A stretch of DNA of 64,000 nt. Source: Bacillota bacterium (GTDB lineage Bacteria; Bacillota; Negativicutes; JBAXTZ01). This document shows, in pieces, positions 1 through 9,823 of this stretch. Below the pieces are notes generated by a model. That model worked only from the letters and a program-made list of their open reading frames with translations, had not been told where the DNA came from and made no database searches. Location: the NCBI GenBank assembly GCA_037129925.1, contig JBAXTZ010000015.1, positions 1-64,000 on the forward strand. Reading direction: 5' to 3'. The translations under genes were made by a program, and so were the position numbers. Each line of letters starts with the position of its first letter. Positions within the stretch are counted from its first letter, which is position 1.

Positions 1-400
1 CATGCTTGGTTTCCATCCGCACATAATCCATATCCGCAGGACCAATGCCAACATCTTCCGCAGTGATATACCGGCCACCGAGACTCTGGACGTAGCGTCC
101 AAACGATCTGAACAACGACTCGCTCTTATCTTTTTTGGAATTGCCGATAATAACAGCTTTGCCGCCGCCGAGATTCAATCCCGCGACTGCCGCTTTATAA
201 GTCATGCCGCGTGCCAACCGCAAAACGTCGGTTAGCGCGTCTTCCTCACATTCATAATCCCACATCCGGGTACCGCCTAACGCCGGTCCGAGCGTGGTAT
301 CGTGGATACAAATGATAGCTTTTAATCCTGAAGTCGCGTCATGACAAAACATCAGTTGCTCGTAATGATACTCCTGCAGTTTTTGAAAAATTTCCATCAT
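1..400 (-). CDS. Leucine dehydrogenase (Glu/Leu/Phe/Val dehydrogenase family), N-terminal ~133 aa; gene continues beyond the window start
   Basis: Minus-strand translation from 400 downward reads [86 protein letters not shown]..., which matches bacterial leucine dehydrogenase including the GGGK dinucleotide/active-site region. An AGGAG RBS (rc of 402-408) precedes the ATG. It is absent from the ORF track because it has no in-window stop. Confidence 0.8.
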   Translation of the reverse strand, partial: MMEIFQKLQEYHYEQLMFCHDATSGLKAIICIHDTTLGPALGGTRMWDYECEEDALTDVLRLARGMTYKAAVAGLNLGGGKAVIIGNSKKDKSESLFRSFGRYVQSLGGRYITAEDVGIGPADMDYVRMETKH

Positions 401-406
401 TTCTCC

Positions 407-1078
407 TTAGTATTGTCCGGCCTTGGCCTCGCCGGTAGTAACTAATGCAACACCGGAACTCGTTCCGAGACGGGTAGCTCCGGCTTCGACAAACGCTTCG
501 GCATCAGCCAAATTACGCACGCCGCCGGCAGCTTTGATTCCGATTTTTCCGCCGCAATGATCATTCATAATCTTTAACGCCGCCAAAGTTGCCCCGCCGG
601 TCGAGAAACCGGTCGAAGTTTTGATATAGTCAGCGCCGGATTCCAATACAATGTCCGCAACTTTATTTTGCTCTTCTTCGGTCAACAGGCAAACTTCAAC
701 GATAACTTTAAGAATTTTACCATGTTTATGAACGACATTGGCTACTGCAGTAATGTCTTCGAGAACATATTCCCACGCGCCGCCTTTGGCTGCGCCGATA
801 TTTATAACCATGTCGATTTCATCGGCGCCGTTCAAAATTGCATTTTCCGCTTCAAAAACTTTGGTGGCAATAGTATTCATGCCCAACGGGAAGCCGATAA
901 CTGTGCAAACTTTCACATCGCTGTCTTTCAACAGGTACGAACACATACCTACGAACGACGGATTGATGCATACTGCTGCAAAATTGTTTTCGATGGCCTC
1001 GTCGCAAAGTTTTTCAATTTTGTCGATAGTTGTTTCCGGTTTTAGCACGGTGTGGTCAATGTACTTGTTTAGTTCCAT
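407..1078 (-). CDS. deoC: Deoxyribose-phosphate aldolase
   Basis: 223 aa. The motifs CTVIGFPLG, VINIG and the IKTSTGF Schiff-base lysine region are typical of class I DeoC. Confidence 0.85.
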   Translation of the reverse strand: MELNKYIDHTVLKPETTIDKIEKLCDEAIENNFAAVCINPSFVGMCSYLLKDSDVKVCTVIGFPLGMNTIATKVFEAENAILNGADEIDMVINIGAAKGGAWEYVLEDITAVANVVHKHGKILKVIVEVCLLTEEEQNKVADIVLESGADYIKTSTGFSTGGATLAALKIMNDHCGGKIGIKAAGGVRNLADAEAFVEAGATRLGTSSGVALVTTGEAKAGQY

Positions 1079-1086
1079 TTTTCCTC

Positions 1087-3561
1087 CTAAAAATTATGTT
1101 TCGGTAATTTCCAGATTTTGCTGTTATATTCTTCGATTGTACGATCACTTGAGAACCAGCCGGCATTGGCGATGTTTAAGATTGCTTTACGCCACCACAA
1201 CTTCTTGTTTACGTAATCACGGGAAACTTGCGCCTGCGCTTTGACATATGGATCGAAATCAGCAAAATGATAGTACGGATCGGCATTCGGGGCTTTTAAC
1301 AGACTGTAGTACAAGTCTTGGAACAGATTTTCCGCCTCGCCTTCCAAATGCGCGCCACGCCACATTTGTTCCATCAACCGTTTTAGCGGCGGATTTCCGG
1401 CAACTATCTCTTTTGGGCGGTACGCCGAGCGATTCCGGTCATAGGCTTCGACCTCGTTGGCGCGCAATCCGAAGATGTAAATGTTTTCCTCGCCGACGCA
1501 GTCGTGCATTTCAACGTTAGCGCCATCCAGTGTTCCAATAGTAAGCGCGCCGTTTAGCATAAACTTCATGTTACCGGTTCCGCTTGCCTCTTTACCGGCA
1601 GTGGAAATTTGTTCAGACAAGTCTGTTGCCGGGATGATTTTTTCCGCCAGCGACACCCGGTAATTTTCCAAAAATACCACTTTGAGTTTGTCTTTTATCG
1701 ACTTGTCATTGTTGATTTTGGTTGCCAATGTATTGATTAATTTAATGATTTTCTTGGCTGCATAATAGGAAGGCGCCGCTTTTGCACCAAAAATAAACGT
1801 GCGCGGGTAAATAGGCAAATTCGGATTGTCGCGCAAGTGGTTATATAGATACATAATATGCATAGCGTTCAGTAATTGCCGCTTATATTCATGTAACCGC
1901 TTAATCTGGACATCAAAAATCGAATCCGGATCAACGACAATACCATTATGCCAGAGAATGTAATCGGCCATCTTCTTTTTGTTTTGATAGCGGATACCTG
2001 CCAACCGCCCTTGAACTTCGGTGTCATCGGCATAGCGCTCCATTTTTTTCAGCTCGGTCGCATCGGTTAACCACTTATCCGAACCAATGCACTCGGTCAG
2101 CATCGTAGCTAATTCCGGATTGGCTTTGGCCAGAAACCGGCGATGAGTTACACCGTTGGTTATGCCGATAATTTTGTTCGGATAAAAATCGTTGAAGTCT
2201 TTGAAAGTAATCGCCTTTAAGATGTCGGCGTGCAACCCGGAAACACCGTTGACCGAGAAGGCAGCGACAATCGCCATATTTGCCATTTTTATCTGTTCGT
2301 TGCTGATAATTGACATCGTTGACAACCGCTCATAATCGCCAGGGTACTGCTCCCAGATTTCATTGCAAAACCGCTCGTTTATTTCGCAAATAATCAGATA
2401 AATGCATGGCAACAGCTTTTCAAACAACTTTACCGGCCATTTTTCCAGCGCTTCGCTCATAACTGTATGATTAGTATAAGCAAATGTCTTAGTGGAAACC
2501 GTCCAAGCCTCATCCCAAGTCATTCCCTCTTCCATGAACAACCGCATCAATTCCGGCACAGCCAGCGTCGGATGGGTGTCGTTCATGTGAATGCAGGTGT
2601 GTTCATGGAACTCATACAACGACATCTCGGTAGTCTTGTATTTGCGAATCATGTTTTGCAATGCCGCTGAAACGAAGAAATACTGTTGTTTTAGCCGCAG
2701 CATTTTACCGAGCTCGTGTTCATCTGCAGGATACAGCACCCGCGAGATTACTTCCGCTAATTCTTTTTCAGCAATAGCGGTCATATAGTCGCCCTTGTTG
2801 AAGGAAGCCATATCGATTTCGTCATCATCGGAAATATCCGCGCTCCACAACCGCAGGGTATTTACCACCGATGACTTGTAGCCGACAATCGGCACATCGT
2901 GCGGCACCGCACGCACAAAATTATAGTCATAGTGCCGGAACGCCGGCCCGTTTTCAGTGTCGATACGTTCGGCATTACCGCCATAGCGAATGTTTTCTGA
3001 TTCCTCCGGTTTGGCTACTTCCCAAACGAAACCGTTACGCAACCAACTGTCCGGATGTTCTACCTGATAGCCGTCGACAATCCGCTGTTTGAACAAACCG
3101 TATTCATAGAGAATACCGTGTCCGTGTCCAACATAACCAAGCGTGGCAATCGAATCCAGAAAACAAGCTGCTAGTCGTCCCAAACCGCCATTTCCAAGTC
3201 CGGGGTCAGCTTCAGCTTCGCGGACGTCTTCAAAATCGATACCCAATTCGCGACAAGCTTCACAATATTCAGCCATCAACCCAAGATTCATTACGTTATT
3301 GCCGAGCAACCGCCCGGGTAAGAATTCCATTGATAAATAGTAAACGCGTTTTCCGCCGCGATCCATTATTTCATCTTTGGAATTTGCCCACAACTCCATA
3401 ATGTCCCGACGAACACAAGTTGCTACTGCTTTGAACTTTTGCAAACGCGACGCATTTTCGACATTTACGCCGTATACACCACGCAAATATTCAACGATTC
3501 GCTCCTTGAGTTGGCCGGACTTTAGTTTTGGATCAACGCTGTTGTTAAAATCTGCAATCAT
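1087..3561 (-). CDS. glgP: Glycogen/alpha-glucan phosphorylase
   Basis: 824 aa. The pyridoxal-phosphate site EASGTGNMKFMLNGALTIGTLDGANVEM is present and the N-terminal region is GT35-like. Confidence 0.9.
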   Translation of the reverse strand: MIADFNNSVDPKLKSGQLKERIVEYLRGVYGVNVENASRLQKFKAVATCVRRDIMELWANSKDEIMDRGGKRVYYLSMEFLPGRLLGNNVMNLGLMAEYCEACRELGIDFEDVREAEADPGLGNGGLGRLAACFLDSIATLGYVGHGHGILYEYGLFKQRIVDGYQVEHPDSWLRNGFVWEVAKPEESENIRYGGNAERIDTENGPAFRHYDYNFVRAVPHDVPIVGYKSSVVNTLRLWSADISDDDEIDMASFNKGDYMTAIAEKELAEVISRVLYPADEHELGKMLRLKQQYFFVSAALQNMIRKYKTTEMSLYEFHEHTCIHMNDTHPTLAVPELMRLFMEEGMTWDEAWTVSTKTFAYTNHTVMSEALEKWPVKLFEKLLPCIYLIICEINERFCNEIWEQYPGDYERLSTMSIISNEQIKMANMAIVAAFSVNGVSGLHADILKAITFKDFNDFYPNKIIGITNGVTHRRFLAKANPELATMLTECIGSDKWLTDATELKKMERYADDTEVQGRLAGIRYQNKKKMADYILWHNGIVVDPDSIFDVQIKRLHEYKRQLLNAMHIMYLYNHLRDNPNLPIYPRTFIFGAKAAPSYYAAKKIIKLINTLATKINNDKSIKDKLKVVFLENYRVSLAEKIIPATDLSEQISTAGKEASGTGNMKFMLNGALTIGTLDGANVEMHDCVGEENIYIFGLRANEVEAYDRNRSAYRPKEIVAGNPPLKRLMEQMWRGAHLEGEAENLFQDLYYSLLKAPNADPYYHFADFDPYVKAQAQVSRDYVNKKLWWRKAILNIANAGWFSSDRTIEEYNSKIWKLPKHNF

Positions 3562-3599
3562 TTCGAATTTTTTCTCCTATATTTCGTGACAAAATTGTT

Positions 3600-5036
3600 T
3601 TACGCGCAGGTCCAATCGTACAACTCAACGTACTCTTTCGCGGAATGTTTCCAGGAAAAATCGCTGTTCATTGCATTTTTTTGAATCTGTTCCCAATGAG
3701 CCGGATTATGGAAGAAGCTCACAGCGCGCCTGATAGTATATAACATATCGTGAGCATTTACAAATGCAAACGAGAAACCGTTGCCTTCGCCATTTTTTTC
3801 ATTATAAGCGCGAACAGTGTCACGCAGTCCGCCAGTTTCGCGCACGATTGGCACTGTACCATAGCGCATGGCCATAATCTGGCTCAATCCGCACGGCTCG
3901 TACAACGACGGCATCAAGAACAAATCGCAACCGGCGTATATTTGCTGGGCCAGTTTCGCGTCAAAATACATGTGAACCGACAATTTGTGCGGATACATGT
4001 TTTGGGCGTTGCGGAATAATTCTTCAAATTTCGGATCGCCGGTGCCAAGAATTACTAGCTGGACATTATCATACTCCATCATTTCCCACAGCACTTGCTC
4101 AACTAACCCAAACCCTTTGGCAGCAATCAAGCGGCTTACCATGCCAATAACTGGAATATCCTTATTGACTGGCAGTCCCAGTCGTTCCTGGAGCGCCAGC
4201 TTGTTCCCGACTTTTTTCTCCAGCGTGGTTACGTCATAATTGACCGCGATCATTTTATCGGTTTTAGGGTTGTACAAATCATAGTCGATACCATTGACGA
4301 TACCAAACAAATCATTGCTGCGCGCCCGCAACAAGCCCTCAAGTTTTTCGCCATATTGGGCTTCCTGAATTTCGTAAGCGTAGCTGTTGCTGACGGTGCT
4401 GATTATATCCGCGTAAGTAAGCCCGCCCTTCATGAAGCTGGCATTGCCATGGAACTCAAGCTTGTCAGCGGCTAACCATTCATTGCCAAAATGGAGCAGA
4501 TGGGTTGCCACTGTTGGCGCGCAAATACCTTGGTACTTCATGTTATGCACAGTGTATAAAGTACGAATATTGGCATAGAACGGATAGCGTTTGTAATGAG
4601 CGTGTAACAATGGCGGAACCATGCCGGTCTGCCAGTCGTTACAATGAATGAGATCCGGTTGAAAATCGACATGCGGTAAAAATTCCAAAATCGCCCGGCT
4701 GAAAAACGCAAACCGTTCGTAATCATCAGCATAACCATACAAATCCGGACGATCGAAATACTCCATATTGTCCAGAAAATAAAAGGTCACGCCCTCGTAT
4801 TCGTATTGCTCAATACCGCAATATTTCACTTCATGACCAAGCGGAATACCAATGTTTTTCTTCCAAACCATTGCGTTACGATACTTTTCGGGAATTTTCG
4901 AGTATTTCGGAATAACTACCCGAACATCAACGCCTTGCTTAATCAGTTCTTTTGGAAGGGCGCCAATGACATCTGCCAATCCGCCGGTTTTGACAAATGG
5001 CACACATTCTGCTCCGGCTAATAGTACTTTTTTCAT
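3600..5036 (-). CDS. glgA: Glycogen synthase (ADP-glucose type)
   Basis: 478 aa. The N-terminal KTGGLADV motif is present and the protein has a GT5 GT-B fold signature. Confidence 0.9.
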   Translation of the reverse strand: MKKVLLAGAECVPFVKTGGLADVIGALPKELIKQGVDVRVVIPKYSKIPEKYRNAMVWKKNIGIPLGHEVKYCGIEQYEYEGVTFYFLDNMEYFDRPDLYGYADDYERFAFFSRAILEFLPHVDFQPDLIHCNDWQTGMVPPLLHAHYKRYPFYANIRTLYTVHNMKYQGICAPTVATHLLHFGNEWLAADKLEFHGNASFMKGGLTYADIISTVSNSYAYEIQEAQYGEKLEGLLRARSNDLFGIVNGIDYDLYNPKTDKMIAVNYDVTTLEKKVGNKLALQERLGLPVNKDIPVIGMVSRLIAAKGFGLVEQVLWEMMEYDNVQLVILGTGDPKFEELFRNAQNMYPHKLSVHMYFDAKLAQQIYAGCDLFLMPSLYEPCGLSQIMAMRYGTVPIVRETGGLRDTVRAYNEKNGEGNGFSFAFVNAHDMLYTIRRAVSFFHNPAHWEQIQKNAMNSDFSWKHSAKEYVELYDWTCA

Positions 5037-5055
5037 ATATTATCCTTTCTTTCTT

Positions 5056-5148
5056 GAGGTAAGAAGTAGGAAGTAGGAGGTAGGATGTAAAAGGCATGAC
5101 GTGGAACTCTCCCAACATCTTACTTCTTACATCTTACTTCCTACTTCT
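5056..5148. promoter_or_regulatory. Long imperfect inverted repeat (about 32-nt arms built from AGTAGGA-like sub-repeats) in the glgD-glgA intergenic region
   Basis: The left arm is aagaagtaggaagtaggaggtaggatgtaa. The reverse complement of the right arm is agaagtaggaagtaagatgtaagaagtaaga, matching at about 26 of 31 positions. The loop is about 25 nt. Confidence 0.55.
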
Positions 5149-5152
5149 AATT

Positions 5153-6271
5153 TCAGATTATGTAGTTTTTCTCGATGACGATCGGCATGGTGGTTTCACC
5201 CTTCATGCTTCGACCGCTGGTTATTTGCACGTTTTTATCAAAGATTACGCGATCAATATAAGCATTTTCTTCGACGCGAACTTTTTGCATCAAAATACTG
5301 TTGCGCACCACCGCGCCGCGGGCAACGTGAACGCCACGGAACAATACGCTGTTTTCAACTGTTCCTTCGATATGGCAACCATTAGCGATAACCGAGTTAA
5401 TAACTTTGGCGCTCGACGAATATTTCGCCGGAGCTTCGGAACGGGTTTTAGTGTATATCAAGCCGTTCGAAAAATACAAGTCATTGCGAACTTCGGGGTT
5501 CAAGATGTCCATGTTGTGTTTGTAATAGCTATAGACTGAGTCAACGCGGCCGATATAGCCTTCATGCTCATAGCCATATACGCGGTAAGTGTCAAGGTTA
5601 CGCAAAATTCCGTCCATCGCCAAATTGTTTTGGCCCCTGGCGATACAGTTGTCGATTATTTCAATCAACACGGTGCGTTTCATGATATACATTTCCATTG
5701 CCAGACAATCATTATGAGTTTCGCGGGCGTTGTAAGCCATGTCAGTTACCCGACCGCGCTCATCAACTGCCATTGTCAGGGCGCCCTCTAACGGATAGTC
5801 ATTGCCAACGTTTTTGTATATCACAGTAATTTCAGCATCTTTTTCCAAATGATACATAAACGCTTTTTTGTAATTGATATTGCAAACAGTGCCAGCCGGT
5901 GAAATCACAATATATTCATGGCGGCAATTACGCAAATAGTTAATATTGGCATGGAAATTTTCCAAATCCTTAGACAGCTGACCACGGCGTTTTGCGTTAC
6001 CATCAGCCGCCGGCAAAATAAACAAACCATCTTGCTGACGGTCAAGATCCCACTCTTTCCCTGAGCGAATATGATCAATCAGCGGACCGAATTTCTCCGG
6101 CATCAAAATTCCCACGTTAATTATTCCCGAATTGACCAAGTTAGACAACGCGAAATCGATCAGCCGATAGCGGCCGCCAAACGGAATTGCGGAAACCGGA
6201 CGATGTTTAGTCAATTCGTATAAATTTTCTTCGTTCTCATTTAAGTTGAGAATCGCCATTACGTTTTTCAT
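5153..6271 (-). CDS. glgD: Glucose-1-phosphate adenylyltransferase regulatory subunit GlgD
   Basis: 372 aa. It is a paralog of GlgC that lacks the GGxGxRL motif (PFGGRYRLIDF is retained). It sits between glgC and glgA, as in Firmicutes glgBCDAP operons. Confidence 0.75.
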   Translation of the reverse strand: MKNVMAILNLNENEENLYELTKHRPVSAIPFGGRYRLIDFALSNLVNSGIINVGILMPEKFGPLIDHIRSGKEWDLDRQQDGLFILPAADGNAKRRGQLSKDLENFHANINYLRNCRHEYIVISPAGTVCNINYKKAFMYHLEKDAEITVIYKNVGNDYPLEGALTMAVDERGRVTDMAYNARETHNDCLAMEMYIMKRTVLIEIIDNCIARGQNNLAMDGILRNLDTYRVYGYEHEGYIGRVDSVYSYYKHNMDILNPEVRNDLYFSNGLIYTKTRSEAPAKYSSSAKVINSVIANGCHIEGTVENSVLFRGVHVARGAVVRNSILMQKVRVEENAYIDRVIFDKNVQITSGRSMKGETTMPIVIEKNYII

Positions 6272-6302
6272 ATGTTTATATACTCCTTATCATTAACAAT
6301 TC

Positions 6303-6323
6303 GGGCGATTCGTGAATCACCCC
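6303..6323. promoter_or_regulatory. Imperfect copy of the same palindrome (gggcgattcgtgaatcacccc) in the glgC-glgD intergenic leader
   Basis: It lies 32 nt upstream of the glgD start and is followed by an AAGGAG RBS. Confidence 0.45.
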
Positions 6324-6337
6324 TCCGATTATTTAAT

Positions 6338-7534
6338 CTAAACATTATCCTTGCCAACGGTGGCATCTTTACGAATTCTCGTTCCCGCCGGAATTTTTGT
6401 ATCTTCACCAATAAGCACTACTCCGCCGTTATCGCCAAACGGACCTTCGGCTGCATCGCGCCCGATGATACAAAACTCGCCCAACTCGGTATTTTCGGCA
6501 ACGATTGCTTTTTCGACATAAGCGCCTTTACGGACAATTGTTCCAGCGTATAGCACTGAATCTTTTACGACCGCGCCTTCTTCGATTACAACGTCACTAA
6601 ACAAGATCGAATGATCGACCTTGCCGTAAATCCGGCAACCTTCGCCGACCATCGAACGGTGTACTTCGCCAGTCACACCGACATAATGCGGCGGACGTAC
6701 CGGCGATACGGAAAAGATGCGCCATTTCGGGTCATAAAGATCAAACGCCGGAATATCTTCTAACAAGTCCATGTTTGCTTCCCATAAGCTGTCCACAGTT
6801 CCTACGTCTTTCCAATAGCCTTGGAACCGGAACGCGAACATCCGTTGAGCATCGGCTAACATATTCGGCAGGATATTTTTGCCAAAATCATGGTCGGTAT
6901 CCAGAGGTGCATCGGCGATAAGATACTCGCGCAATTTGGCGTAAGAGAAAATGTACACACCCATCGAAGCCAAGTTGCTTTTCGGCTCTTTTGGCTTCTC
7001 GGCAAATTCAACGATTGCGCCAGTTTCGTCAGTCGCCATAATTCCGAAACGGGAAGCTTCAGCCCACGGCACTTCAAAAACTGCTATCGTGCAATCGGCA
7101 TTTTTTTCTTTATGGGCTGCTAGCATTTCGCTATAGTCCATTTTGTAAATATGGTCGCCGGACAAAATCAATACATATTCCGGGTCCTGGATGTCCAGAA
7201 ACTCGATGTTTTGATAGATTGCGTCAGCAGTGCCTTTGTACCATTCGCCGCCTTTTTCGTCAGCATACGGTGGCAAAGTGTACACGCCGCCATAAGTGCG
7301 GTCGAGATCCCAGGCCGTGCCGGTACCGATATAACTATGCAGCGCAAACGGTTTGTACTGAGTGAGCACGCCGACTGTATCCATACCGGAATTTTGGCAG
7401 TTGGATAATGGAAAATCGATAATGCGATACCGACCGCCGAAGCCGACTGCCGGCTTGGCAATTTTTTTGGTCAGCAGCTTCAACCGCGCGCCTTGACCAC
7501 CTGCTAAGATCATTCCTAACCATTCTTTACGCAT
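6338..7534 (-). CDS. glgC: Glucose-1-phosphate adenylyltransferase
   Basis: 398 aa. It carries the [10 protein letters not shown] motif, [14 protein letters not shown], and a C-terminal left-handed beta-helix. Confidence 0.9.
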   Translation of the reverse strand: MRKEWLGMILAGGQGARLKLLTKKIAKPAVGFGGRYRIIDFPLSNCQNSGMDTVGVLTQYKPFALHSYIGTGTAWDLDRTYGGVYTLPPYADEKGGEWYKGTADAIYQNIEFLDIQDPEYVLILSGDHIYKMDYSEMLAAHKEKNADCTIAVFEVPWAEASRFGIMATDETGAIVEFAEKPKEPKSNLASMGVYIFSYAKLREYLIADAPLDTDHDFGKNILPNMLADAQRMFAFRFQGYWKDVGTVDSLWEANMDLLEDIPAFDLYDPKWRIFSVSPVRPPHYVGVTGEVHRSMVGEGCRIYGKVDHSILFSDVVIEEGAVVKDSVLYAGTIVRKGAYVEKAIVAENTELGEFCIIGRDAAEGPFGDNGGVVLIGEDTKIPAGTRIRKDATVGKDNV

Positions 7535-7568
7535 AAAACCCTCCTGAATTTTTGGAAATAATTATTCT

Positions 7569-9593
7569 TTACGGTAATTCGCTTATTTGCTTGGCATCGA
7601 CCAGATCCTTGGCTTTTTTGACTTCGGCAACCTGCGGTTTCGCCACAATTAATTTTTCCGGTTTGACTCGTTTGATGTTTTTCGGTTTGAAAATAACTGT
7701 TGCCAACGGCGGCACGGTGATTTTTATTTGGAATGCGTCAGCATTGAAATCGTGTTTCTCGGTTTCGATTTTTTGAGAGTTTTTTATATCCGAACCGCCA
7801 AACTTCTCCCAATCCGAGTTGATAAGTTCTTCGTATTCGCCCGGCCCCGGCACATCAAGCTTGTAGCCTTCGCGCACTACCGGAGTGAAATTGGTTATCA
7901 CTACCAAAAAGTCGCTATCGTCTTTTCCTAGTCGCAGATAACTGAGCGTACTGCCTTCGGCATCATTGGCATCCACCCACGAAAATCCATCCCAGCTTTG
8001 TTCAATTTCCCATAAACATTTATGTTCAAGATAAATATGATTGAGTTCACGCACATAATCCTGTAATTGACGATGCTTATCGTATAGACACAATTTCCAT
8101 TCCAGACCTTCGGCAAAGCGCCATTCCACGAACTGTCCGAACTCGCCGCCCATGAACAATAGCTTTTTGCCAGGCAACGTCATCATATAGCCGAACATCG
8201 ACCGCAAGCCGGCAAATTTACGCCAATAATCGCCGTTTTGTTTATCCACCAGCGAATATTTACCATGGACAACTTCATCATGCGACAGCGGTAAAACGAA
8301 ATTCTCGGAAAAAGCATACATCATTGAAAAGGTCAATAGATTATGATGCCAGCGGCGATAGATCGGATCCATTTTGATATATTTCAAAGTGTCGTTCATC
8401 CAACCCATATTCCACTTGTAGTCAAACCCCAATCCGCCGATATAAGTCGGACGGGTGACTTGCGGCCACTCGGTAGATTCTTCCGCCATTGTCAAAATGT
8501 CCGGAAACTCCTTGTGCAGTACCTCGTTCATTTTGCGCAAAAATGCTACAGACTCAATGTTTTCCTTGCCACCATAAATATTGGGCTCCCACTCGCCTTC
8601 TTTTTTGTTGAAGCTCAAATACAGCATATTAGCCACTGCATCAACGCGCAAGCCATCGACATGGAATTTTTCCATCCAGAAAATCGCATTGGAAATCAAG
8701 AAACACTGTACTTCTGGTTTGCCGTGATCAAAATTGGCAGTACCCCATTCATTATTATCGGCACGCCATGGCACCGACCACTCATATGTAGGCGTTCCGT
8801 CAAAATAATACAGCCCGTGTGCATCCCGGCAATAATGTCCCGGCACCCAATCCATCAGCACCCCGATACCGTTTTGGTGACACTGATCCACAAAATACAT
8901 GAAGTCTTTCGGATGTCCGAAACGTGCCGATGCCGCGTAATAGCCAGTGGCTTGGTAGCCCCAGGACGCGTCCAGCGGATGCTCGTTTATCGGCATGACT
9001 TCGATATGGGTATAGCCCATCTTTTTGACATATGGCACCATATCATCCGCCAGCTCGCGATAACTCAACATCAGTCCCTGTCCGTCATCATGACGTTTCC
9101 AAGATCCCATATGTACTTCGTAAATATTTATCGGACGAGTTTTACCGCGCAACGCTTTTTGGTCGGCGTACCACTGGGTATCACTCCACTCGTAGCCCTC
9201 AATATTTGCGACTTTCGATGCAGTATCCGGGCGTAGTTCGGCAAAAAAAGCATATGGATCGGCTTTTTTTAATACTACACCAGTTTTGGAATGGATTTCA
9301 TATTTGTACGTTGTATCAATCGCTAATTCCGGCTTGAAAATAGTCCATACTCCGGAGTGCCCCAAACGCTTCATCTCGCAATCTGGAGTGCCCAACCACT
9401 GGTTCCACATCCCGATTAAATAAACTTTATCGGCATTAGGCGCCCACACAGTAAAGCGAACACCATCAACATCGTTTTCGCGTTTGAGATGCGCGCCAAA
9501 CAAATTATATGCACGATAGTTTGTACCTTGATTAAACAGATGCACATCTTCTTGTGATACTGGCCATTTGTCTTTCTCTTTTGTTTTCTTCAT
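7569..9593 (-). CDS. glgB: 1,4-alpha-glucan branching enzyme with a lysine-rich C-terminal tail
   Basis: 674 aa. GH13 catalytic motifs are present (GVLMDWVPGH, FHVDGLRVDAV, EESTEW, LSHDEV), together with an N-terminal CBM48-like region. Confidence 0.9.
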   Translation of the reverse strand: MKKTKEKDKWPVSQEDVHLFNQGTNYRAYNLFGAHLKRENDVDGVRFTVWAPNADKVYLIGMWNQWLGTPDCEMKRLGHSGVWTIFKPELAIDTTYKYEIHSKTGVVLKKADPYAFFAELRPDTASKVANIEGYEWSDTQWYADQKALRGKTRPINIYEVHMGSWKRHDDGQGLMLSYRELADDMVPYVKKMGYTHIEVMPINEHPLDASWGYQATGYYAASARFGHPKDFMYFVDQCHQNGIGVLMDWVPGHYCRDAHGLYYFDGTPTYEWSVPWRADNNEWGTANFDHGKPEVQCFLISNAIFWMEKFHVDGLRVDAVANMLYLSFNKKEGEWEPNIYGGKENIESVAFLRKMNEVLHKEFPDILTMAEESTEWPQVTRPTYIGGLGFDYKWNMGWMNDTLKYIKMDPIYRRWHHNLLTFSMMYAFSENFVLPLSHDEVVHGKYSLVDKQNGDYWRKFAGLRSMFGYMMTLPGKKLLFMGGEFGQFVEWRFAEGLEWKLCLYDKHRQLQDYVRELNHIYLEHKCLWEIEQSWDGFSWVDANDAEGSTLSYLRLGKDDSDFLVVITNFTPVVREGYKLDVPGPGEYEELINSDWEKFGGSDIKNSQKIETEKHDFNADAFQIKITVPPLATVIFKPKNIKRVKPEKLIVAKPQVAEVKKAKDLVDAKQISELP

Positions 9594-9771
9594 AAATTGC
9601 CTCCTTTCTGAAAAAAGTATAATGATTACCTTCTTTTATTCGACAAGTTTTCCAAAACTCCTTCTTGTCGGCAAATATTTTCTCGCGAACGGTTAACCTT
9701 CTAAAATCTATTTCATATTAACTCAAGCGGAATTTTTGCGCAATACAAAAAAACTTATAAAACTACCGCAG

Positions 9772-9800
9772 TTGACTAAATATCGCTCATCTCTTACAAT
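9772..9800 (+). promoter_or_regulatory. Sigma-70-like promoter for the 9824 gene, with the divergent glgB promoter region on the other strand
   Basis: TTGACT (9772-9777), a 17-nt spacer, then TACAAT (9795-9800). A GAGGTG RBS at 9813-9818 precedes the ATG at 9824. Confidence 0.4.
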
Positions 9801-9823
9801 GAATAAAAAACCGAGGTGCAACC

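Noticed and set aside
2-235. 77-aa plus-strand ORF at the window start
   Set aside because: The opposite strand here encodes a clear leucine dehydrogenase N-terminus (GGGK motif) with an RBS. The plus-strand ORF is an antisense artefact.
8343-9236. 297-aa plus-strand ORF inside glgB, plus other long antisense ORFs (5096..5539, 27883..28548, 38716..39354, 34747..35214, 55776..56306)
   Set aside because: Each lies entirely antisense to a strongly supported conserved gene. They show no recognisable domains and their composition is a mirror of the sense-strand codon bias.
9594-9700. Catabolite-responsive element (cre) in the glgB promoter region (tggaaaacttgtcga within an inverted repeat cgacaag...cttgtcg)
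   Set aside because: It lacks the central CG and other conserved positions of the cre consensus. The inverted repeat is short (7 bp), so only a generic promoter region is assumed.
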